This document shows positions 11,534-21,450 of a stretch of 64,000 nucleotides of DNA, piece by piece (positions within the stretch are counted from its first letter, which is position 1; each line of letters starts with the position of its first letter). Source of the stretch: Octopus vulgaris. Its lineage: Eukaryota. The position numbers were made by a program, and so were the translations under genes. Under the pieces are notes generated by a model. That model made no database searches, was not told where the DNA came from, and saw only the letters and a program-made list of their open reading frames with translations. The stretch is taken from positions 119,226,001 through 119,290,000 of the forward strand of contig OX597815.1 of assembly GCA_951406725.2 (NCBI GenBank). The letters run 5' to 3'.

Positions 11534-11908
11534 GGCGCAGGAGTGGCTGTGTGGTAAGTAGCTTGCTAACCAACCACATGGTTCCGGGTTCAGTCCCACT
11601 GCGTGGCATCCGGGCCGACCAATGCCTTGTGAGTGGATTTGGTAGACGGAAACTGAAAGAAGCCCGTCGTATATATGTATATATATATATGAGTGTGTGT
11701 GTGTGTCTGTGTTTGTCCCCCTAGCATTGCTTGACAACCGATGCTGGTGTGTTTACGTCCCCGTCACTTAGCGGTTCAGCAAAAGAGACCGATAGAATAA
11801 GTACTGGGCTTACAAAGAATAAGTCCCAGGGTCGATTTGCTCGACTAAAGGTGGTGCTCCAGCATGGCCGCAGTCAAATGACTGAAACAAGTAAAAGAGT
11901 AAAGAGAG
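11534..11908 (+). mobile_element. Near-complete tRNA-headed SINE with internal (TA)n(TG)n
   Basis: A-box TGGCTGTGTGG, B-box GGTTCAGTCCC, microsatellite, body, tail ACTGAAACAAGTAAAAGAGTAAAG; another copy at 41618-42003 (-). Confidence 0.85.
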
Positions 11909-11909
11909 T

Positions 11910-13145
11910 ATACTCAGGTAGCTGGTTCTTCCCCAGCATTGTTTGTCGCAAACTGTCACACTCCTTTGTCATCTTCACATGGCACAGCATTCTGAGTGCC
12001 CTGCACTGCTTTACTCCATTATCATTTTGTTTGCATATAATATATCCATAGTCTTCTCTCTCAGACACTACAACCAATTCTATAATATTCAGTATTTCTC
12101 TCTATTTGTGCTTCATTATTCATTTACAATAACATTATACATTTAGCAGAACAGGCTTGCTTCATTTCTTTCTTGTCCTTGCAAACCCACCAGGTTCAAG
12201 ACTCACATTTCACTACCATGCAGCACTACAGTTTATACATAAGTGTCTTACACTCTGCTCTTCATTCTGAGAAACAAACCTGTTGTTACGAGCAGAGGTA
12301 GTTTCCACTGTTAATTAGATCACTTAAAGTAACAAAAACTACAAACTAACTACTTCTGGGGAGCTGCCCAGGCATTTGAGAGAATCTGTTTCCTGTGTGC
12401 TCTTAGTGCCTTCTGCACCTGTGCATCTACAGTATATGTAGTCTGCCATCTTTGTTTGCCTGCCTGCTTCTTGTGTATCCATAGTTTAGACTGAACACAT
12501 CACATGAAGTTTCTACCTACCCACCTTCAGGATATCAAGCAGACCATTTCCCTGATGGCTTCAGGGTCTTATCTTTCATATTTGCTAAAACTCTAGACTT
12601 TGATAAGCTTAATTTGAGGCCTATTAGTTCCAGGTTTAGCTGCTAAGTCTGGAATTTCTCTTCAAAATCTACTACAGATTCAGCTGATTACTACAAAGGT
12701 CATCAGCTTATAAGTGTTTCCACAGACAGACAGTCTTAAGCACTCCTGTTATAGCCTGAAGAACTGTAACAAGCAGAAAGGATGAAGAACTGCTCCTTGA
12801 TGGACATCCCACCTTCACACAGAATTCATCGCTGCACTCATTGCTAACTTGCACTTGGCTAACTACATGTCTATATGTAGCTTGGTTGGCCTCCACAAGC
12901 CATTTGGTTGCCCCTAGTTTTCTTAGTGACAACCAGATTACAAAGTGTTAAACCTTATTAGAAGCCTTCACCAGGTCAACAAATGCTAGATACTGTAGCT
13001 TATAGCTAAATACTTCTTTTGCAGCTGTCTCACTAAGAAGATGCCATCAGTATTATCTCTCATTGGCACAAAGCCAAACTGCATCTCATCTAGGCTAATT
13101 CTCTTAGAGATCAGTTGTGCTACAACTCTTTCTGTAGTAACTTCA
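11910..13145 (-). mobile_element. Degenerate RTE LINE RT region
   Basis: Minus-strand DEMQFGFVP, IFLVRQL, AFVDL.KA, EFCVKVG..QGS-like motifs; homologous to 55100-56185. Confidence 0.75.
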
Positions 13146-13388
13146 TTTCAATAAAACATACACACCACACACACTCACACACACATACACACACATGCGT
13201 GCTATTTAGTTTGTTTTAGCAATCATAGTTAAGACCATGTTTGAGCGCCAGCTTCATATAGTAATATATGCATGCATATATGAGTATGTGTGTGTGTGTG
13301 TGTGTGTATGTGTGTGTGTGTAATAAAATTCAGTGCAGGGGAAAAACAGAAAAAGAGGAAAGAAAAATAAATGGACAACATATATACA

Positions 13389-13450
<62 letters not shown>

Positions 13451-13454
13451 TATA

Positions 13455-13587
13455 AGGGCATCCAGCCGTAGAAACTCTGCCAGATCAGACTGGAGCCCGG
13501 AGCAGCCCCTGGCTTCCCAGACCTCGGTCGAACTGTCCAACCCGTGCTAGCACGGAAAACGGACGTTAATGATGATGATGATGATGA
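13455..13587 (+). mobile_element. RTE-tail SINE fragment in (TA)n, tail-to-tail with the next element
   Basis: AAGGGCATCCAGCCGTAGAAAC...CGGACGTTAATGATGATG. Confidence 0.85.
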
Positions 13588-13599
13588 TATATATATATA

Positions 13600-14798
13600 C
13601 ATCATCATCATCATCATCATCATCGTTTAACGTCCGTTTTCCGCGCTAGCACGGGTTGGACGGTTTCGACCGGGGTCTGGGGAGCTCAGGACTGCCCCAG
13701 GCTCCAGTCTAGTCTGGCAGTGTTTCTACAGCTGGATGCCCTTCCTAACGCCAACCACTCCGCGAGTGTAGTGGGTGCTTTTTACGTGCCACCTGCACAG
13801 GTGCCAGAGGGGTCTGGCATCGGCCACGTTCGGATGGTGCTTTTTTTTTTTTTTTTTTTGGGGGGGGTGCAGAAATATAGGGGAGCACCAGTGGGAGGGG
13901 TGGTTCAGGACAGGTTCTAGGCAAGTAGAACGTAGGATATCGAGAGAGGGGTAATGCATGGTGAAATAGCGTATTGAAGAGGGGGTTCAAAGAGTAGACA
14001 CCTATAATGGTGGTGGGAGAAACGACATCCGGTATAGTTGGAGCAAAATAGAGATATCCGGTATTGGTGGTGGGGGTGGGTAGGGCGGGCGCGCCACGAA
14101 GAATCGGCAGCCAATTTCTAATCAGCCCTGTAAGGGAGATAGATCTTAAATATCTATAACGATAACTAGTGAATTATACAGAATATGCAAAAACGAGGCG
14201 AGGCTGAAATAGTAAACAGAGTGGCGACTAGGGGGATCAGAATAATAATAATTAATAAATAATAATAATAAATAGAGATACGGATGAATTAAAGTTCAAA
14301 GATTTCTTATCTTGGGATCACTTCGTTTACGGACAGACTTGGCAAAAGGAATTCGGAATCAAGAATGAAGCAGGTTACTAGCTTAAGTATGCATAGCCAT
14401 GGCGAGGAGTAGGAAGAGAAGGAGTCCAGACAGACAATGTAAAAAAGAGGGGAGAGAAACCCCGCGAAGAATCGGCAGCCAATTTCTAATCAGCCCTGTA
14501 AGGGAGATAGATCTTAAATATCTATAACGATAACTAGTGAATTATACAGAATATGCAAAAACGAGGCGAGGCTGAAATAGTAAACAGAGTGGCGACTAGG
14601 GGGATCAGAATAATAATAATTAATAAATAATAATAATAAATAGAGATACGGATGAATTAAAGTTCAAAGATTTCTTATCTTGGGATCACTTCGTTTACGG
14701 ACAGACTTGGCAAAAGGAATTCGGAATCAAGAATGAAGCAGGTTACTAGCTTAAGTATGCATAGCCATGGCGAGGAGTAGGAAGAGAAGGAGTCCAGA
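13600..14798 (-). mobile_element. Composite non-autonomous retroposon, copy 2 (368-bp monomer array, GC motif, body, RTE tail)
   Basis: Monomer repeat at 14097 and 14465 (period 368); minus-strand motif GCGCGCCCGCCCTACCCACCCCCACCACCAATACCG; (AT)nACA on both flanks. Confidence 0.75.
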
Positions 14799-14850
14799 TA
14801 TATATATATATACACATATACATGTTTTGCTCCTTGTTTTTTCTGTATCC

Positions 14851-14886
14851 CTTTCTGTAGAAGAGCGTAGGCCCGAAACGTAAAAG
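14851..14886 (+). ncRNA. Hammerhead-like motif (variant core CUGUAGA) in a PLE terminal-repeat remnant (~14826-14955)
   Basis: CTTT-CTGTAGA-A-GAGC[GTAG]GCCC-GAAA-CG-TA-AAAG; stem I CTTT/AAAG. Confidence 0.55.
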
Positions 14887-14954
14887 ACTTTTTCTATTCC
14901 TGAGCGTTATACTAATACATCTGTTTGTTTTGTACACCACCTGTCTTCGTCTTT

Positions 14955-14993
<39 letters not shown>

Positions 14994-15210
14994 ATATGTA
15001 TATATATATATTTATTTGGGTGATGTGGGAGTCGGTTTCTTGCTATTCTGTGTTCTCAGTGTCATCAAGCAAGTTATGTCATAACAGTCAAAAACTCAGA
15101 GAAATAAGCAAGTGATTCAACTAAAATATAAATATAATTAATCTCAACTATAGCTGTGAGTACTTTTGCTTCTGACAGTCAATCTAAATGTATATATGCA
15201 TAATATATTA

Positions 15211-15246
<36 letters not shown>

Positions 15247-15689
15247 GATGCCTGCAGTCTTTCAATCCTATACAGAACAACATTAAGTAACTTCCATTAT
15301 CCTTCATCTAAAATACTTCCCTCTAATCAATAAAATCTAGGAGGTTTTAATCACCCAATATTTCGTAACTGAAGATTAAGGTTTTGATTCTTGTTTGGAT
15401 TGGATATGTGTGTGTGTCTGTGGCTACTCATGTATGTAATGTCCTTTAGTTCTTCAGTATGTTACAGTTATCTCACCTAAGACCATACTGGAACATCACC
15501 TTTAGCGGGTTTTTTATCGTCTCTGCATAGGAATCTTGTGTGTGTGTGTGTTTGTGTGTATGAGTTTGTGTGTGTTTGTGTGGGTTTTTCTCTAGTTGTT
15601 TGATCAACAAACTGCTGGCAGGTCCAGGGCTTTGGTTGTTGTCTTTTGCAGATATCTGATCTGGTATTTTAGAGAACAATGTATGTAGG

Positions 15690-15900
15690 TATCATCATCA
15701 TCATCATCATCATCATTGCATAGCATCTGTTTTCTATGTTGATATGGTTTGGATGGTTTGAAAGGAACTTGCAAGCCAGAGAGCTGTACCAGGCTCCATT
15801 TGTCTGTTTTGATATGGTTTCTACAGCTAGATGCCTTTCCTAATGCCAACCATTTTACAGAGTGCATTGGGTGCTTTATACATGGCACCAGTACCAGTGC
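15690..15900 (-). mobile_element. RTE-tail SINE
   Basis: (CAT)n then TTTCTACAGCTAGATGCCTTTCCTAATGCCAACC; further copies at ~22715-22900, 34505-34730, 36083-36540, 40160-40350, 61385-61795 (-) and 24945-25320, 29230-29733, 31900-32303, 32600-32933, 37940-38170, 57790-58245 (+). Confidence 0.8.
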
Positions 15901-16115
15901 TTCACATGCAGTGCCAGAAGACTTTTGTCATGTTTTCTAATCCTTTTGGGAGAAATTTTATAAAGTTGAAGTCCTTTAAACACAGAAGTGTTACTGTATA
16001 GATACCTGATGTAAGTGTTTAAGCAAAAGAATATTCAGATCTGACAGTGACTTTCATTACTTTTCTTATCTTGTATGCTAAAGTTTGGCATGCAATTTTC
16101 ATAAATCTGTCTTCC

Positions 16116-16169
<54 letters not shown>

Positions 16170-16389
16170 TATGGCATATAGTTCTTACTGGCATTCCAAA
16201 AAGTAGAGACATAATGCACAAATACTTTCTCAATAGTTAAAGTCTATGACTTTTCTGATTTCCTTTGTGAATGCTTTCTCTAATTTCTCTATATGGTGGC
16301 TAAATGAAGAAGTTACAGAGTATATATTTTCAACTATGTTAAGGGCAGTGGATGAAAAGCCTTGTATTTGTTCTGAAAGAGGTTGACAT

Positions 16390-16580
16390 TGGTCTTTTTA
16401 TGGGTATGCATAGCTCGGACCATCTTCCACCATCTCCTTGTGATGCTCTTCTGCAAGTTACTCATGCTGGCCCTCTCTGTAACTTTTTCATTTGTGACGT
16501 GGTCACTCATAGAAATTCTTAGTACAGTCCTAAGAAGGAACATAAAGGGGAACAGTATCCATCCCTGATGTACCCCTAAT
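16390..16580 (-). mobile_element. RTE/BovB-like LINE C-terminal fragment
   Basis: LRTVLRISMSDHVTNEKVTERASMSNLQKSITRRWWK resembles LR.IL.I.W.D.V.N.EV..RA......I..RR..W. Confidence 0.6.
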
Positions 16581-17139
16581 GTAGTCAGCTATTTTTCTTT
16601 TCCTTTTCTGCCTTTCTCTTTCCATTATTCAAAAGAAAACACATGACTGTAGATTTTTAAAATCTTTGCTTTAACTTCCTATTAGTCATGCTTATGTATT
16701 ATTTCCATGCCATAATGAGGTTTGGTTTTTACAATGGTAACACCTCCTTCAGAAATTATGGCATTTGCATTGTAGTATTTATTTAATGTGCATGCATTGG
16801 TGTTTCTTCATGAACATTCTGCAGTTTTATTAGTGGTTGTGTGATAGGTTTTTCATATTGTTGGCATAACTGTAGCTTAATTTAAGGTTGTCCATGTTAA
16901 AAAAACTTTCTATATTTATAGTTGGCAGATGACTTATCTTTTTTCTAGGCAAAAATATTTATAAGAAAAGTAGGGGCTTCCTAACATGCTATGGTCTTTA
17001 TTATGCTATTATTTGTATTATTGTAGTTCTTGACAAATTCTAGGCTATAGGTATCAGTCATGTGAAATTGAGTAAAACTAGAGATTTACTTATTTTTGAT
17101 GCTCAGTAATATTACACAAAACCGCATGAAAACAAACAC

Positions 17140-17177
<38 letters not shown>

Positions 17178-17180
<3 letters not shown>

Positions 17181-17600
17181 TAAACAGTAAAAATAATTAC
17201 AGACATGGACAAGAACATGAAACGCCACAGAGACGACACAAGAACCACAGGACGGGACATTCGAAGCCCTCAGTCATCAGTCAAGAACCAGATCATCTTA
17301 GCAATTTCGGCTGATTAAAGAAAGAGCAAAGTGAAAAAATAATAGCAAAAACTCAGGAATGAGACAGCAGACTAGAAGTCTTAAGTAAGTGCCAAGTATT
17401 TATCACAGTTAAGAGCCATAAAGATAATTTCACAACTAGCTCTAAATGTAGGCTGATTAACCCAGCTAAGTCTGAAATAGGATTAGCAAGATTTTAAATA
17501 ACTTTAATATTAAGAAAACCACTACCCTGCAATAATAGAATAATAGTATTGTTGTCATTAAGCTTGTTCAGTAATATCTAGACATTTAAGGGAGAATATC
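17178..17600 (+). mobile_element. PLE RT fragment preceded by a probable inverted terminal-repeat piece next to (TA)n
   Basis: ~17395-17490 reads VFITVKSHKDNFTTSSKCRLINPAKSEIG (cf. PLE FITLKDHK.NF...KCRLINPAKSEIG); the minus strand at ~17295-17318 has CAGCCGAAATTGCTA, like a hammerhead 3' half. Confidence 0.65.
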
Positions 17601-17869
17601 TTATCTCAGCCACCTTAAAGTTATAAACCTAAATGGCTGCAGAAACAGAAACATATAATTTATTTCAACATATTTCAAAACATGGTTGAAATATGAGGAC
17701 TGATGAAGTGCTTTTATGGAACTAATGATATTAATAGATAGCCTGTAATTCATATTACATTATCTCTATCTGTTTGTGGGCATGGGTATTGGTTTGATTT
17801 GGCTACTTATGCCTTAAAATTCCATAGGCTTCTCACAGAAATCTTGCTCATCTAGGCTAAGTAATCGAT

Positions 17870-18174
17870 TGTTGTTTGTTCCTTCTCAAGTCATGCCTGG
17901 CTCAAAAGTGCTGGTTTTTTGGTTTCATTGGGGTGTAGGTTTCCCATCTGGATAGGACACCAGTCTATTGCAGATGAGCTGCTAGATGCAGGAGGAAAGA
18001 GTAAGAGAAAGTTGTGGCAAGTGAGTCAGCAGAATTTCGCAATTACCTTCTGCCAGAGGTATATGAAGATTAGGGGTTTCACTGATAAACATACTCATCT
18101 CTTGTTCTGAGATTCAAACCTGCAATCTCTCAACTATGAGCCCACTGCTCTAACCACTAGGCCATATGCCTCCA
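17870..18174 (-). mobile_element. tRNA-headed SINE (distinct family)
   Basis: Minus-strand head GGAGGCATATGGCCTAGTGGTTAGAGC..GGTTTGAATCTC; flanking repeat CTA(A/G)GTAATCGATT at ~17857 and ~18175. Confidence 0.7.
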
Positions 18175-18274
18175 CTAGGTAATCGATTACTGAGCCTAAA
18201 TGAGCTGGGTTTCTATAAGAAGCCTGCAAAATTTTAAGTCACATGGAGCTGATTCAAACTGTTTTAAATAATAA

Positions 18275-18750
18275 GAATGTGCTGGTTTAGTCATGTGATG
18301 CATATGGATGAGAACAGCTGCATAAAGAAGTTCTGAGCTCTAATTGTGGTAGGTACCTGTGGAAGGGGTAGATCTTAGAAGACATGAGACAAAGTGGTGA
18401 GAAAGGATCTTTGGATGCTAGGCCTCACTGAGGAAATGACAAGGGACCGGGAGGTGTGGCAATTTGCTGTACTGGATAAGACATGTCAAGCTCTGTAAAA
18501 TCACTGTCTTCCACACATACAGGCTTGTCCTTTCAGGTGCTGGTGCCACTTAAAAAGTACCCGTGCTGATTAACGCACCTGTGCCGGTGTTGCATAAATG
18601 CACTCAATCCTGTGGCATGTAAAAAGCACCCAGCACACTCTGTTAAGTGGTTGGCATTAGGAAGGGTACCCAGCTGTTGAAACCATGCCACAACTGACAG
18701 TTGAAGTCTGGACAGCTCCCTGTTAGCCAACTCCATCTCAAACCGTCCAA
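18275..18750 (+). mobile_element. RTE LINE 3' end and tail
   Basis: W.SHVMHMDENSCIKK, GTCGRGRS.KT..KVVRKDL, then the RTE tail. Confidence 0.7.
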
Positions 18751-18865
18751 TCTCACCACTTTATTATCTCCCCTTCTCCCTAGCCCTCCTGTATGACCCT
18801 TCTGTCTGGCATTCGCCATGATAGATCGTTAGCCACTGCACATTCTTTATTTTCTCTACTTGTTT

Positions 18866-18903
18866 CTTTTCTGTAGAAGAGCGTAGGCTCGAAACGTTAA
18901 AGA
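18866..18903 (+). ncRNA. Hammerhead-like motif (CUGUAGA core) in a PLE terminal-repeat remnant (~18800-18986)
   Basis: TTTT-CTGTAGA-A-GAGC[GTAG]GCTC-GAAA-CG-TT-AAAG; the element ends at (TA)n. Confidence 0.55.
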
Positions 18904-18983
18904 CTTTTTCACTTTCTGAGCATTATACTAATACATCTGCTTGTTTACCCCACCTGTCTTCATCTTTTTTTTTGTGAATTCTC

Positions 18984-19031
<48 letters not shown>

Positions 19032-19656
19032 CATTTTAATGGTCCACTTTTCTGTGTTTGCACAAACCAGATGGAATTTCTATGTGTGGACATCTTTCTA
19101 ATGCTTACCCTCTCCTATTTCCAAATAAGGTAATATTCCCCCATGTTTTCAAGAAAGATTAGAAATGAACAACACTACTTGTATGATGGTGAAACTTAGA
19201 ATTATCTCATGATATCAATACAAGAAAAACACATACACATTCAATGGCCCTCCTTTGGTTTTTGTCTACCAAATTCACTCACAAGGCTTTGGTCAGCCCA
19301 GTTCTGTAGTATAAGATTTGCCCAAGGTGCCACTTAATGGAATAAAACCAAAATCATATTAGAAAAAAAAACTGCTTAACTTCACAGCCATACATACATA
19401 CATATATATGAATGTGTGTATGTGTGTGTGTGCACTTTTATTTTTTTACTTGTTTCAATCATTGGAGTGCAGCCATGCTGAAACACTACCATGAAGGAAT
19501 AAGTGAATCAATATTGAATTAAAGTTTGGTATATGTTTTATTGATCTGTTTTTGCCAAACAGTAATGATAATGCAAACAAACCAGCACTAGTGACTATGA
19601 CACACACACACATCACAGACTATATGTATATCCCAGGAGTCTGAGTAACCCTAACT

Positions 19657-20070
19657 TTGTGTGTTTCATTTTTGGTTTGGATTCTATGACTGGATGCATT
19701 TTGCGGAGTGTACTGGGTACTTTTTGTGGCACCAGCACTAGAAGGGTTGACATGTCTTTGGCATCACTAAAGGGTTCTCACAAACTCACATTTAACAGAA
19801 TGTACTGGGTACACTTTTGTGTCACCTGTACTGGAGAGGTAGGCACCTCTTTATTTGACTAACAGAATCCCCATGTGTCTTGTCTCTTGTCAACCTTTTT
19901 ACAGAGCAAGATGCATGAAAGGGAAATGTCACAAAGTGCACTCAGTATATTCTGAAAATGTGAGTTTGTGAGGACCTTTTAGTGTTACCATATCAACTCC
20001 TCTAATGCTGGTATTAGATGCTTGGAGTGCATCCAATCATAGGAACCAAGCCGAAACTGAAACACACAAA
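19657..20070. repeat. Degenerate inverted repeat with ~140-170 bp arms
   Basis: CTCACAAACTCACATTT..CAGAATGTACTGGGTACACTT vs AAGTGCACTCAGTATATTCTGAAAATGTGAGTTTGTGAG; outer TTCTATGACTGGATGCA vs TGCATCCAATCATAGGA. Confidence 0.75.
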
Positions 20071-20385
20071 CAATATGTGGCCCTCCAATAATCCATCTCA
20101 GTGAACAATACCCACAAATATGGGGTGGCCCTGACTATGGTAACCATCATGGAAAATTGTTGTAAGACAACAACAATGATGAGGATTATGATACTTACAC
20201 ACAGATTGGGCTTCCATACAGTTTTCATCTACTAAATTCACTAGCAAGGCATTAGTTGTCCAGGAGCTATAGGAGACATGCCTAAGGGACCTTTCAGTGG
20301 GACTGAACTCAAAACCACATGATTTGGAAGCAAACTTCTTTACCACTCAGCCATATGGATGTATTTTGTATATATGATTGTGTGC

Positions 20386-20420
<35 letters not shown>

Positions 20421-20552
20421 CATACACATATGTATATGTATGTACATGTGTGTATATATATAGTTGAAATTTACAGAAAAACAAAAGACAAAGACAGATA
20501 CATGAACAACAAGCAGGCGTATTAGTTTGACACTCAGGAAAATGAAAAAGGT

Positions 20553-20588
20553 CTTTTACATTTCAAGCCTACGCTCTTCAACAGAAAG
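20553..20588 (-). ncRNA. Hammerhead-like motif (CUGUUGA core), third copy of the family (~20461-20655)
   Basis: Minus strand CTTT-CTGTTGA-A-GAGC[GTAG]GCTT-GAAA-TG-TA-AAAG. Confidence 0.5.
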
Positions 20589-20899
20589 TAATAAGAGGAA
20601 ACAAAAAGAGAAAATGAAAAAAATGTGTAGAGTTCAACAGTCCAGCATGGTGAATGTTTGGAAAAAAAAGAGGTTGAAAGAAGAGGAGATAATAATTTTT
20701 AAAAAAGGGGTTGAATAAAAGGGAGATAATAATAGTGCTAGTGATCCCAACAGGAGAAGGTGCACATGTATGTGAGTGTGAAATATATACGTATGTGTGT
20801 GTGTGTGCACAAAAATGTTAAAATGTTATTAATTTAATCATTAAATATTTATTTGGAATTATTGAAAGATTCTATTATGAAAAATGCACAGCAAAAATT

Positions 20900-21450
20900 G
20901 GAAATAATTTAGGATATGGCAAGTAAGATGTCTGAAATGTATTGGCAAAGTAAGACCAGTAATATAATTTAGGTAAAACTTTATCTATATCTTTGAGCAT
21001 ACAATATTCATGAAATGAATGCGCTGTAATGATTGAGATGGAAGATCTTTTAGCTGTTTGGCTAGATTATTATCAGGAATGGATTCCAAATGATATAAAT
21101 AATAATCATGCATAAAGCTCTTAGCTTGTTTTCCCATCTTAAAGAAGTGTAATCAAAGAGGACAATGTAATGTTCACAGCAAACAAAAGAAGTGGGTGGT
21201 TTGAAAACTCTAAATCTAGATTTGGATCGAAAAATGTCAAAATAACAGTAGATATTGCAAACACAGATAAAGACACCTCTTTTAAATTTCCTGTTGAATT
21301 TCAAAAATAATTGAAGAAAATTATGATGATTATTGTTATATTTTCAGTGTGCATGACACTGGCCTTTACTAGAAGAAAATTTCCATCCAGAAATTTTTTG
21401 ACAAAGCATGAAACATCATATCCTGGATATATGATATATGAAAAGATTGC
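20900..21450 (+). mobile_element. pogo/Tigger transposase remnant
   Basis: EMEDLLAVWLD, IIMHKALSLFSHLK, GWFENSKSR (CENP-B-type HTH) and FPSRNFLTKHETSYPGY (cf. MPSRTFI.K.E...PG.K). Confidence 0.7.

Noticed and set aside
11534-11605. tRNA gene
   Set aside because: A/B boxes are present but they form the head of a multi-copy SINE; no full cloverleaf is evident.
17700-17730. CTGATGA as a hammerhead core
   Set aside because: No convincing stem II followed by GAAA.
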